A stretch of DNA of 64,000 bases from positions 20,832,001-20,896,000 of the forward strand of contig NC_043021.1 of the NCBI RefSeq assembly GCF_006345805.1, in the 5' to 3' direction. Below are positions 50,312 to 62,929 of the stretch, one piece after another. Every line of letters begins with the position of its first letter. Position 1 is the first letter of the stretch. The position numbers and the translations under genes are program-made. The notes under the pieces are model-generated. The model searched no databases, was not told the origin of the DNA, and saw only the letters and a list, made by a program, of their open reading frames with translations. Origin of the DNA: Octopus sinensis (taxonomy: Eukaryota).

Positions 50312-51229
50312 TTGGCATTGCCATAAAATAGCTGCAGTTTAATGACTGAAACAAGTAAAAGAATGAAATGATATTCATGTAGAAAAAAGACTGGGAAAGA
50401 AATATTGAAGTCAAGTGCAACCGTATCACCCACTTCGATCCCATTGCATTGTATTTCTACTCCATACATTAATTGTATCCGTCTGTAGAGAGCGCACAGA
50501 GGAAATGGTGATAATGTCAACAGTGTACGTGAAAACTCTTGTACCTTCACTGAAATGTCAGCGCGGTCGATATTGTTTTTCATCTCTTCGGGATCGATAC
50601 CAGTCGAGGTCTGAAGTCGATGTTATCGACTAATCCCTACTCACGCAGAATTCCTGGCTTTGTGCCCAAAAGTAAAAAGGATTAATAGAAAGGAATATAG
50701 AATGGATAATTGCTTCTTATGGTAACCCTGAGTTCTTTTTCTTATTTTCTTTTACAAAAAGGACTCGTAAGGATGGTTACCCGATTTCGGTGTCTGAGAG
50801 CACGACGGTCACCCTCGGTGGGACATCATTCCGTTGTAGGGTTACATATTTATAACTGAGTGGGTTGGAGCAACATGAAATGAAGTGATTTGTTTAAGAA
50901 ACACTATTACTTGCCCTGGCTGGGAATCGAAACCACAATTTTGCGATCGTGAGTGTAACACCTTAACCACTAGACTATGCACTTTCGCTTGTAACCCTCA
51001 CTTCTATGGTGTAAAAAACATCGTACATATATATACTCTTTTACTTGTTTCAGTCATTTGACTGCGGCCATGCTGGAGCACCGCCTTTAGTTGAGCAAAT
51101 CGACCCCGGGAATTATTCTTTGTAAGCCCAGTACTTATTCTATCGGTCTCTTTTTGCCGAACCGCTAAGTGACGGGGACGTAAACACACCAGCATCGGTT
51201 GTCAAGCAATGCTAGGGGGACAAACACAG

Positions 51230-51262
<33 letters not shown>

Positions 51263-51544
51263 CATATATACGACAGGCTTCTTTCAGTTTCCGTCTACCA
51301 AATCCACTCACAAGGCATTGGTCGGCCCAGGCTATAGCAGAAGACACTTGCCCAAGATGCCACGCAGTGGGACTGAACCCGAAACCATGTGGTTGGTTAG
51401 CAAGTTACTTACCACACAGCCACTCCTGCGCCTATATGTACGTTTATCATATAGAAGGGGTTAGATTGTGGGGAGGGAATTACAAAATGTGCACAGTGTA
51501 GAGTTGGATGCAAAACAGGCCTTCTCTCTCAGAATATTGGTTTC

Positions 51545-52610
51545 AGATGTTTGCACTAGGCCAGCAAGTTTGGGAGGGGGGTATTAAGTGGATTACATTA
51601 ACCCTCGTGCTCAACTGGTACTTATTTTATCGACCCTGAAAGAAGGAAAGGCAAAATTGACTGTGGCAAAATTTGAACTCAGATCCTAAAGATGGATGAA
51701 ATGCTTTTTTCTTTACTACCCACAAGGGGCTAAATACAGAAGGGACAAACAAGGACAGACAAACAGATTAAGTCGATAACATCGACCCCCAGTGCGTAAC
51801 TGGTACTTAGTTTATCGACCCCAAAAAGATGAAACGTAAAGTCGACCCGGCGGAATTTGAACTCAGAATGTAACGGCAGATGAAATACCTATTTCTTTAC
51901 TACCCACACGGGGCTAAATACAGAAGGGACAGACAAATAGATTAAGTCGATTACATCGACCCCAGTGCGTAACTGGTACTTAGTTTATCGACTCCGAAAA
52001 GATGAAACGTAAAGTCGACCTTGGAGGAATTTGAACTCAGAACGTAACGGCAGATGAAATACCTATTTCTTTACTACCCACAAGGGGCTAAATACAGAAG
52101 GGACAAACAAGGACAGACAAACAGATTAAGTCGATTACATCGACCCCAGTGCGTAACTGGTACTTACTTAATCGACCCCGAAAGGATGAAAGGCAAAGTT
52201 GACCTCGGCGGAATTTGAACTCAGAACGTAACGGCAGATGAAATACCGCTAAGCATTTCGCCCGGTGTGCTAACGATTCTGCCACCTCGCCGCCTTGAGA
52301 TGGATGAAATGCCGCCAAGCTCTTTGATCGGCATGCCAGTGATTCTGTCGGCTCACCATCTTCCCTTGTAGGTATATCTATTTCTTTATTGCCCACAGCG
52401 AGCTAAATTTGGAGGGTACAAACAAGGGCAGACAAAGGGATGAAGTCAATTCATTGACCCCAGTGCATAACTGGTACTTATGTAATCAACCCTGAAAGGA
52501 TGACAGGCATTGTCAAATTCAGTGGAATTGAACTCAGAACATAACGGCAGATGAAATACTGCTAAGCATTTTGCCCAGCATGCTAATGATTCTGCCAGCT
52601 CGCCACCCTG
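51545..52610 (-). mobile_element. Head-to-tail cluster of about five family B SINEs
   Basis: Repeated GAAATACC|TATTTC junctions at 51889 and 52063. Confidence 0.85.
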
Positions 52611-52957
52611 AAGCAATATGTGTGTAGGCTGAGAGGTGGAGAGAAGTGTTCTGCATGTTTGGTGAAGATCCTTTTGGCATGAGACCAGAAAGCTGGGCAT
52701 GGAGGCTTCTTTCTCAGTTCAAATGATGGTTTTGTAAGAGTTGTTGTGCAGGATAGATAATACCCAGTTTGTGAGGGTGGATATCATCCATTTCCTATCT
52801 TCCATGAAAAGCATATCTGGCCATGGGGAAATATTTGCTTGTTTGAAAAGAAGTAAGGATTGGCAACAGGAAGGGCATCCCACAATAGAAAATCTGCCTA
52901 AATAAATTCCATCCAACCCATGCAAGCATGGAAAAGTGGATGTTAAAACAAATATAA

Positions 52958-53520
52958 TCATCATCATCATCATCATGGTCTCATTTTCTTGGACAAGTCT
53001 TTCTGCAGTGTGGAAGCACTCTGTCGGTTACGACGACGAGTGTTCCGGTTGATCCGATCAACGGAACAGCCTGCTCGTGAAATTAACGTGTAAGTGGCTG
53101 AGCATTCCACAGACACGTGTACCCTTAACGTAGTTCTCGGGGATATTCAGCGTGACACAGAGAGTGACAAGTCCGGCCCTTTGAAATAAAGGTACAACTG
53201 AAACAGGAAGTAAGACTGAGAGAGAAAGTTGTGGTGAAAGAGTACAGCAGGGATCACCACCATCCCCTGCTGGAGCCTCGTGGAGCTTTTAGGTGTTTAC
53301 GCTCAATAAACACTCACAACGCCCGGTCTGGGAATCGAAACCGCGAGTCTGCTGCCCTAACCACTGGGCCATTGCGCCTCCACTCTTTCTGCAGTACATC
53401 TTGCCACTTGTTGCAGTCTCTTGTCATCTCCTTCATCAGGTTTGGTATCTTGAGGTCAGTCACCACCAATTCTTCCCAAGTTTTTTCAGTCTTCCTTTTC
53501 TGCGGGTTTCTTCTAGTTGG
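52958..53520 (-). mobile_element. RTE-clade LINE 3' end interrupted by a SINE
   Basis: RKTEKTWEELVVTDLKIPNLMKEMTRDCNKWQDVLQK then (TGA)n; the SINE at ~53013-53382 is flanked by TTCTGCAGT. Confidence 0.65.
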
Positions 53521-54553
53521 ATTACTCAGTACCTGTCTATCAAACGCGATCTTCCATACACATGGCATACATATAATACCTATTTCTTTACTACCCACAA
53601 GGGGCTAAACACAGAGAGGACAAACAAGGACAGACAAACGGATTAAGTCGATTATGTCAACTCCAGTGCGTAACTGGTACTTATTTAATCGACCCCGAAA
53701 GGATGAAAGGCAAAGTCGACCTCGGCAGAATTTGAACTCAGAACGTAACGGCAGACGAAATACGGCCACACATTTCACCCGGCGTGCTAACGATTCTGCC
53801 AGCTCGCCGCATACATATAATACCAGTGCTGTTTTCACTCAAGCATACCATAACCGATTCCTCTTATATGTAGTTCCCCCACCCCTCACTCACTTCGTTT
53901 GTTCTCTGTTGTTGCTCCCCAACAGTGAATGCTTACCTCTTTTATTTCCAACCTTCACACAAATCCCTATATTCAATGCCCATTGCATTTTCACGTTTCA
54001 CAAATAAGCATCTCAAATAATTTTCTCTTCACCTGGAGAAAGAATCCTCTTTTTTTTTTTTCACCAACAGAGCTAAGAGTTCACTGAACTTTCTCTGCTC
54101 CTTTCTTATTCTAGCTACAATGCTTACAGAAGACCCACCTCCACCAGTGATTAGGTTACATGGATGACAGAAGTTACCAAATATTTCTTGAGAACCTTTT
54201 AAGACATCTCAAGGAATACATTGCACAGGTGCTTTTGTTGCTAACTACTCCTAGTAAGAACCATCTTCTTGTGGCCTACCCCTAGGTCTCCTTCCAGTTG
54301 GTTTTGCCCATAAAACCCGTCTAGTGACTCCAAAGACTTTCTTACTTCATGTAGTTATCACTGACATCCATGAGCTTGGTTGGTTTTGCTTGGTGATCCA
54401 ACCAGATCAATTGAAGAACAGTTGCTTCTAACAGGGGCCCAATGAAATGCATGCTTGACCACTCTTCTCTCTTGACCCTCCCAGTAATAAATGGGCAAAG
54501 AAGATGAGATTATATTAATACAAGGAATTATAATATAGTGGTAAAGAATGTTG

Positions 54554-55163
54554 GGATCTTTTCCTTTTGAACGGCAGATGTCAACACAATTTCTAGTTAA
54601 CTAAACACTTTTAAACTTCGTATACTGCTAGAATGTGTTTATAAAACATAATTTCTCTTGGTTTTATTGAGAAGATTCTATAGTTTGTAAGATATTTCGT
54701 CTAAAAATCTGAGCATTTCGGCAATTTTAACCAATCGATTACCTCCATTCAACTAAAATCATTTGCTGCGTTTAAAACTGAGACAACATCCTGTAACTAA
54801 CTCCCCCACTAACCCTAACCCTAATTTTTTTTTATTAATTGTTAAATTAATTTAATTCCATTGCTTTAGTTTTTTTTACACGCGTAACAATTAAGAAAAA
54901 AAAATTTTAGGGTTAGGGGGGAGGCTTAGGGTTAGTTACAGGATGTTGTCTCAGTTTTAGACGCAGCAAATGATTATAGCTCAAAAGAGAGCATAGAATT
55001 GGTTAAAATTCGAAAAATTAAACTACGTTAAACAAACAAATTACAATTTTCTCAAGAAAGCCAAGAGAAAAAAATGTTTTATTTTGACACATTCTACCAG
55101 TATACGAAGTTTTAAAGTGTTTAGTTAACTAGAAATTGTCTGCCGTTCAAAAGGAAAAGATCC
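54554..55163. mobile_element. Palindromic 610-bp MITE, 8-bp TSD (Merlin-like)
   Basis: 24-bp perfect TIR GGATCTTTTCCTTTTGAACGGCAG, long imperfect arms, TSD GAATGTTG at 54546-54553 and 55164-55171. Confidence 0.88.
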
Positions 55164-58100
55164 GAATGTTGAAACTTGGCATTGGGAATAAGTTCTTCTC
55201 TTCAATCCTGCCAGTAACGTGATGGCATCTCCTGCGTCTATAGTTGACCATGACTAAGTTCATCCATTGAGATGACAAAGATCATCTAATCATCCTTAAG
55301 GATGATAGCTGACTTGCATGGTGACTCTTAACAAAGTCACCATGAAAGTCATCAGAAGAGCTTTGCCCTGACTCTCTCGTCTTTGACCTTGCTTGAACCC
55401 TGTTGCAAGACCGGGTCAAGATGACTGGGGATGGAGATGGATGCAGTTAATGGTCAAGGTGTCTTTTTTGTCTCATCTTAACAAAGTCATCATGCAAGTC
55501 ATCTGTCATCCTTAAGGATGATTAGCTCTGCACTCTACAATAGTGGAGGTTTGTGGCTTAGTGGTTAGGGTGTTGGACTCATGATTGTAAGATTATGGTT
55601 TCAATTCCTGGGCCAAGCAATGCATTGTGTTGTTGACCAAAACACTTCATTTCACATTGCTCCAGTCCATCCAGCTGGCAAAAATGAGTAATTCTGCGAT
55701 GGACCAGCATCCTGTCCAGGTTGGAGATTTATACATCATGGAAACTGGGAAACCGGCCCCTATGAGTTGGCATGGCTTGAGAAGGTACCTTTACCTTTTT
55801 GGTACTCTACTGTATGTTGCTACAGCTGCCTTCCCTTCCGTTGAACCATGTAGGTTTATTTTGTAGAGTCTGCCAGATCCAGTCTTGACATGCATGGGCA
55901 GGCAAGCCCTAATATGCTAAATAACCCATAACTGGGATCCTGACAAGTGCTACTACTCTGGGCCAGAGTAGACCTGGGGACAGTAGGGGCTTAGAGATGG
56001 TTCCACACTCCACTCCTCTAAACCCTGGGACTTCCAAATGAGAAGTCTCCCAGTAAAAAAAAAACAGGCAAAATCTCCCTTTGGTCATGAATGACCATGG
56101 GATTACACCAAGAAAGTTACCCTCTGAGGCACAGGTCTAGGCAAGGCTGTTTCTGGAAGACCAGCGGCTGCCCAATGCATAACAGCTTCCTTTCTCCACG
56201 CCACCAATGTTATCCAAGGGAAAGGCAGAGGCCGATACAGTTTGGCACCAGTGATGTCACAACTCGTTTCTACAGCTGAGTGAACTGGAGCAATGTGAAA
56301 TAAAGTGTCTTGCTCAAGAACACACCACACAGCCTGGTCCAGGATTCGAACTCACTATCTCATGATTGTGAAACCAACGTTCTAACCACTGAGCCATGTA
56401 GCTTCAAATGCAGTTGAAAGTCATGCTCAACATATATAATTAATATTACATACACAATGTAAAACTTTTACTTACACCTTTTCCGCATGTCAAACACAAT
56501 GACCTTCATGATGGGAGTAAAATCCTGTCTTGTTTTCTTATAATAAATAACAACTGGGTCTTTTTAAAGCCTAGCTAGGCTCATGGGCCCAGTTTCCCGG
56601 TTTCCTTGGCGTATGTGTTCTCAAGCTGGATGGGACGCCAGTCCATCGCAGCGTTACTCATTTTTGCCAGCTGAGTGTACTGGAGCAACGTGAAATGAAG
56701 TGTTTTGCTCAAGAACACAACGCGTCGCCCGGACAAGGAATCGAAGCCACAATCTTACGATCATGATGCTGACACCCTAACCACTAAGCCAGGCGCCTCC
56801 ACTCTTGTTTTCTTAACTAACATTTTTTGCTTCAGCTTAAGGTATCCCAATTCTAGATTTTACTTCCATATTTGGAATTTCTTCTATACTACTTTGACAG
56901 ATTCACCTGAGAACTTGGTCATTGGCACACAAGAGTTCATCCGGATAGCAAACTTTAAAACTCCTCTTTTATGGTTTTGAGAATGATGGGACCTAGAAGT
57001 TTTGACAGGAAGGGACCTAGAAGTGAGCTTTGGTAGACACCTACCTGATCACTAAATTCCTTGCTGAACTCAGTGATGAGTGCCTTCCCCCTTCACCCAG
57101 TATTTTTAATATTTCAACAACTATGTTTGATGGTATCTTTTATCTTTCACTTGTTTCAGTCATCAGATTGAATTGACCCCTTATTTATTTTTTTTAAGCC
57201 TTGTACTTATTCTACCAGTCACTTTTGCTGAACCACTAAGTCAACACACCAATGCCTGTTGAAAAGAAGCAGTGGTAGGAGATAAACATAAATACGGCAT
57301 GTGAAAAACATTCAAGCGAGGTCGTTGCCAGTGCCGCTGGACTGGCTCCTGTGCAGGAGGCACGTAAGAAAACACCATTTGAGCATAGCCATTGCCAATA
57401 CCGCCTGACTGGCCCTCATGTCGGTGGCATGTAAAAGCACCCACTACACTCTCGGAGTGGTTGGCGTTAGGAAGGGCATCCAGCTGTAGAAACTCTGCCA
57501 GATCTGATTGGAGCCTGCTGCAGCCAACTGGTTCACCAGTCCTCAGTCAAATCGTCCAACCCATGCTAGCATGGAAAGCATATGTTGAACGATGATGATG
57601 ATGGTGATGACACACTCACATGCACACTAGTGTAGGGACTAGTTGATTACATTGACCCCAGTGTTCAACTGGTATTTATTTTATCAAACCCAAAAGGATG
57701 AAATGTTAAGTCTACCTTGGTGGAAATTGAACTCTGAATGCCTCTTGGCGTTTTGCTCAGCGTGCTAACAATTCAGCCAACTCGCTGCCTTAATAATAAT
57801 GATTCTTTCTATTGGAAGCAAAAGGCCTCAAATTTGGGGAAAGGGATTAAGTCAGTTACATCAACTCCAGTGTGTAACTGGTACTTATTTCATTGATCCT
57901 GAAAGGTTGAAAGTCGACCTTGGTAGAATTTGAACTCAGAATGTAAGGACAGACAAAAGGCTGCTAAGCATTTTGTCTGGTGTACTAACAATTTTGCAAG
58001 CTCGCCGCCTTAATAATAATAATAATAATAATAATAACAACAACAATAATGGTTTTAAATTTTGGCACAAGGCCAGCAGTTTTTGAGGAGGGGGTAAGTA

Positions 58101-58249
58101 GATTGCATCAACCCCAGTGTTCAACTGATACTTATTTTGTCAACTCTGACAGGGTGAAAGTCAAAGTTAACCCCAGTAGAATTTAAACGCAGAACATAAA
58201 TATGGATGAAATGCTGCTAAGCATGCTAATAATTATACATCTATATATA

Positions 58250-58327
<78 letters not shown>

Positions 58328-58810
58328 TGTATTTACAATCATTTGTGCCTGTTGTTCAACAAAAGCTGAAAGTTCATTCATTGTCTTTGACAGGAGAGTC
58401 CATTATATGTATATAGGTGCAGGAATGGCTGTGTGGTTCCGGGTTCAGTCCCACTGTGTGGCACTTTGGGCAAGTGTTTTCTATTATAGCCTCTGGCCAA
58501 CCAAAGCCTTGAGTGGATTTGGTAGACAGAAACTGAAAGAAGCCTGTCGTATATATGTATATGTATATATATCTATATATATGTGTGTGTGTGTGTGTTT
58601 GTGTTTGTCCCGCCAACATCACTTGACAACTGATGCTGGTGTGTTTATGTCCCTGTTACTTAGTGGTTCAGCAAAAGCTGCCGATAGAATAAGTGCTAGG
58701 CTTACAAAGAATAAGTCCTGGGGTCGATTTGCTTGACTAAAGGTAGTGCTCCAGCATGGCTGCAGTCAAATGACTGAAACAAGTAAAAAGAGAAAGAGTA
58801 TATATATATA

Positions 58811-58859
<49 letters not shown>

Positions 58860-59065
58860 TATATACATATATATACACATATATACACACATCTAGTGCA
58901 GCATCCTGGCTTGCCAGCCCTCAGTCAAACTGTCCAACCCATGCCAGCATGGAAAGCGGACGTTAAATGATGATGATGATGCTATATGGTTCTATATTTA
59001 AGAGATGAGGAATTATGTACATTACTTACATTTGACGGATATTTGTCCTCATCTTGCTTGTTGTT

Positions 59066-59111
59066 AACACAACGTTTCGGTTGATATACCCTCCAGCCTT
59101 CATCAGGTGTC
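59066..59111 (-). ncRNA. Minimal type I hammerhead ribozyme motif (Penelope-type)
   Basis: GACAC-CUGAUGA-A-GGCUG(loop)CAACC-GAAA-CG-UU-GUGUU: intact core, 5-bp stem I, palindromic AACGUU stem III, one stem II mismatch. Confidence 0.65.
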
Positions 59112-59141
59112 TTGGGGAAATTTCGAACCTGGGTTCTCATT

Positions 59142-59191
<50 letters not shown>

Positions 59192-59238
59192 TCGAAAAAT
59201 ACCTTAGGAATGAGAACCCAGGTTTGAAATTTCCCCAA

Positions 59239-59284
59239 GATACCTGATGAAGGCTGGAGGGTATATCAGCCAAAACATTGTCTT
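59239..59284 (+). ncRNA. Decayed hammerhead motif (inverted partner copy)
   Basis: CUGAUGA and perfect GGCUG/CAGCC stem II, but GAAA is AAAA and CG is CA (CpG decay). Confidence 0.55.
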
Positions 59285-59817
59285 AACAACAAACAAGATG
59301 AGGACCAATATCCATCAAATGTAAATAATGTTTGATGATATATATATATTAATGTTTGCTTTTTATGTTGAGTTATGATAAAAGCAATTTTATAATAATC
59401 AGATGAGGTACTCTATACGTTTGTAGAGTACAGATTTATTTTTCTTGTACAAGAATGATGCTGACTTCAAAGTTTTAGTCAGTCTGACAATGACTTAACT
59501 GGCCACTGCCCTAACCACTGGGCCATTGCACCTCCACACACACACACACATATATATATCAATTGTTGAAGTGATTGCAGAACAATGTGAGATGAAGTGT
59601 CTTGCTCAAGAACACAGTGCACCACCCGGTCTAGGAACTGAAACCATGATCTAGCAATCTTGAGTGTAACACCCTGACCACTAAGCCATGTGCTCTCACA
59701 AAGAATATATACAGTATGTATAATAAATATGTATATATCTCGCCATGATAGATCGCTAGCCACTAAACCTTCTTTATTTTCTTTCTTTATTTTCTCTCCT
59801 TGTTTCTTTCTGTGTTC

Positions 59818-59853
59818 CTTTCTGCAGAAGAGCGTAGGCTCGAAACGTTAAAG
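59818..59853 (+). ncRNA. Hammerhead-like motif with variant core
   Basis: CUUU-CUGCAGA-A-GAGC(guag)GCUC-GAAA-CG-UU-AAAG; the architecture fits but position 6 is C instead of A. Confidence 0.5.
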
Positions 59854-60728
59854 ACTTTTTCATTTCCTAAGCGTTATACTAATACTTCTATTTGTTGTCT
59901 ACACCACCTGTCTTCGTCTTTTGTTTTTTTGTGAATTCTCTTATATGTATATATATAGAAAAGTCCAGTTTGCTGGACATTGTTGTAGAGCTGAAAACAA
60001 GGTAATTTCTACTCTTCTCTTCTGGAAGCCATCTGCTCGCGATACCAGAGGGCACACACTCTCCTGCCCTGATGTAATCTCCAGGGATACAGGCATCCAG
60101 CAACAGGACCTCCGTAATGCTATGATGGACCGTGAAGTCTGGTGTAACATAGTAAATTCCATTGTCTCGACCACAGTCGAACAATGATGATGATGATGAT
60201 ATATATATATATATATATATAGGCGCAGGAGTGGCTGTGTGGTAAGTAGCTTGCTTACCAACCACAAGGTTCCGGGTTCATTCCCACTGCGTAGCATCTT
60301 GGGCAAGTGTCTTCTACTATAGCCTCGGGCCGACCAAAGCCTTGTGAGTGGATTTGGTAGACGGAAACTGAAAGAAGCCCGTCGTATATATGTATATATA
60401 TATATGTGTGTGTGTGTTCTGTGTCTGTGTTTGTCCCCCACCAACATCACTTGAGAACCGATGCTGGTGTGTTTACGTCACCGTCACTTAGCGGTTTGGC
60501 AAAAGCACCCGATAGAATAAGTACTGGGTTTACAAAGAATAAGTCCTGGGGTCGATTTGCTCGACTAAAGGTGGTGCTCCAGCATGGCCGCAGTCAAATG
60601 ACTGAAACAAGTAAAAGAGTATATATATATAAGCATAACAAATGTACAACCGGTAAAAAGAACTTTCACCTAATTAAATACACTCTCCCTTACTTAAATT
60701 ATTTTGTCAGCATTTTCTTCATTTCCTT

Positions 60729-60760
<32 letters not shown>

Positions 60761-61299
60761 ATAAAGGGTAAAGAACCACTTCACTCATGAATGACCATGA
60801 GGTGCAACTAGAAAGTTCCCCTCCAAGGCACAAGTCTAGGCAAAGAAGACCAGTAATCACCCATACATACCTATTTCTTTGTTACCCACAAGGGGCTAAA
60901 CACAGAGGAGACAAACAAGGACAGACATAGGTATTAAGTTGATTACATCGACCCCAGTGCGTAACTGGTACTTAATTTATCGACCCCGAAAGGATGAAAG
61001 GCAAAGTTGATCTCGGCGGAACTTGAACTCACAACGTAATGCAGACGAAATACCGCTAAGCATTTCGCCCGGCATGCTAACGTTTCTGCCAGCTCGCCGC
61101 CTTTACATACCAGCCTCCTCTCTCCATGGCATCGATGTTATCCAAGAGAAAGGCAAAGGGGCCTATATAGCTTGGCACCAGTGATGTTGCACCTCATTTC
61201 TACAGCTGAGTGAACTGGGGCCACATGAAATAAAGTGTCTTGCTCAAGAACAGGACATAGAGCCCAGTCTGAGAACTGAACTCGCTACCTCATTTAATT

Positions 61300-62001
61300 C
61301 ATTTGGCTCTATCCAACTACCATGCAGAACACTTGCTATTGTTGAAAAGAATCCATTTTTCATCACACGTAACAATATGATGTGAAAATGGTTTACTTTA
61401 AAGCTGTGACAGCAAAGAACAGCAAGTTTCAAGAGAACTTGTCATTTGATGCTTGTTCAGTTCATGTGGTACCAACTGTCCAGCTTCTTTACCTTGCTGA
61501 TTTGTTTCAGATGGTCCAATACAGTTGGAATTGAAACATCAAACCTTGCTACTTACTCACACATAGTTTGAATTGTATCTGCTTCCACTACAGTTTCCAG
61601 CTCATCATTATCCACCTTGGTGTCAGGTCTACCATGGGGCTGATTTTCAACAGTAAAGTCACCAGACCGGAACTTCTCAAACCATCAACGTACAGTGCGC
61701 TCATTCGCTACATCTTCACCAAACACCTCATTGATGTTTCGATCTGTCTGGAAGGCATTGTTTCCACGACGGAACTCATATTCATAAACTACTCAAATTT
61801 TTTATTTATCCATGGGTTCACAAAAATTGATTAATAAGAGAAAACTCACAATATAATCAAACACCATGAATTGCATTTAGGAAAGTGATGATGTAACTCT
61901 TCAATGCTTTAAACAAAGAATTGTCAGGATAAAACATTAGAGTTAAAGACTGTCAAACTTGATGCGTAAGAAAGTTGGACATTTCATTCTTAATGACCTG
62001 A
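61300..62001 (-). mobile_element. Decayed mariner transposon, 5' half
   Basis: TIR end at 62001 with TA; ATG at 61813; YEYEFRRG...NINEVFGEDVANERTVR*WFEKFRSGDF...VPHEL...IVTCDEKW with stops and frameshifts. Confidence 0.9.
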
Positions 62002-62868
62002 TACAATGGGTCCCTTTCAGTGTCTGTCTCCCAAATCCACTCACAAGGCTTTGGCTGGCCCGAGGCTATAGTAGAAAATACTTGCCCAAAGTGCCATGCA
62101 GTGGGACTGAACCTGGAACCATGTGGTTGGGAGGCAAGCTTCTTATTTCTTTATTTCCCATAAGGGGCTAAACACAGGGGGGACAAACAAGGACAGACAA
62201 AGGGATTAAGTCGATTACATCGACCCCAGTGCATAACTAGTACTTAATTTATCGACCCCGAAAGGATGAAAGGCAAAGTCGACCTTGGCGGAATTTGAAC
62301 TCAGAACGTAACGGCAGACGAAATACAGCTACGCATTTCGCCCGGCGTGCTAACGATTCTGCCATCTCGCCACAAGCTTCTTACCACACAGCCACTCCTA
62401 TGCCTGCACATACATTTTCAGAAATTCAATTATAAAACCTGTGAACACTTTTCTGTATGTGATCCTAATTGGTCCACATATGCATACATGTGTGAGAGGT
62501 GGGGAGATAGGACAAGTCTATTTGTGTGATGTATGGTGTATAAGCCTGTATCAGTGCATGTGTGTAGAATAAGTTTGAGTGTATGCACATGTGCATGTGT
62601 GTGTGTGTTGTTTATAGAACTTCGACAGATTCATGTCTTGTCATGTTAAGTCAAAGCTTTATATCTCCATGTTAACAAACAGCCTCTTATTTTTTTTTAA
62701 TTCCTTTGTTACTCATTTGAACTGTCTGTTCATCAGCCTCTGTATATACATACATCTCTCTCTCTTTCCTACTCTCTATATATGCATGTATGTATGTATA
62801 TATATATATGTATGCATGTATATGTATATGACTGTATGTGTATATATATATAATATATATATAATATA

Positions 62869-62929
<61 letters not shown>

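Noticed and set aside
50395-50583. Minus-strand frame containing QCNGIEVGDTV, reminiscent of integrin beta
   Set aside because: Only a ~10-residue resemblance, weak donor (GTTGCA), Cys spacing off, and no other integrin exon found. tblastn would settle it.
54810-54935. Telomere-like (CCCTAA)/(TTAGGG) motifs
   Set aside because: Only 2-3 units, and they are an internal part of a MITE present in other copies.
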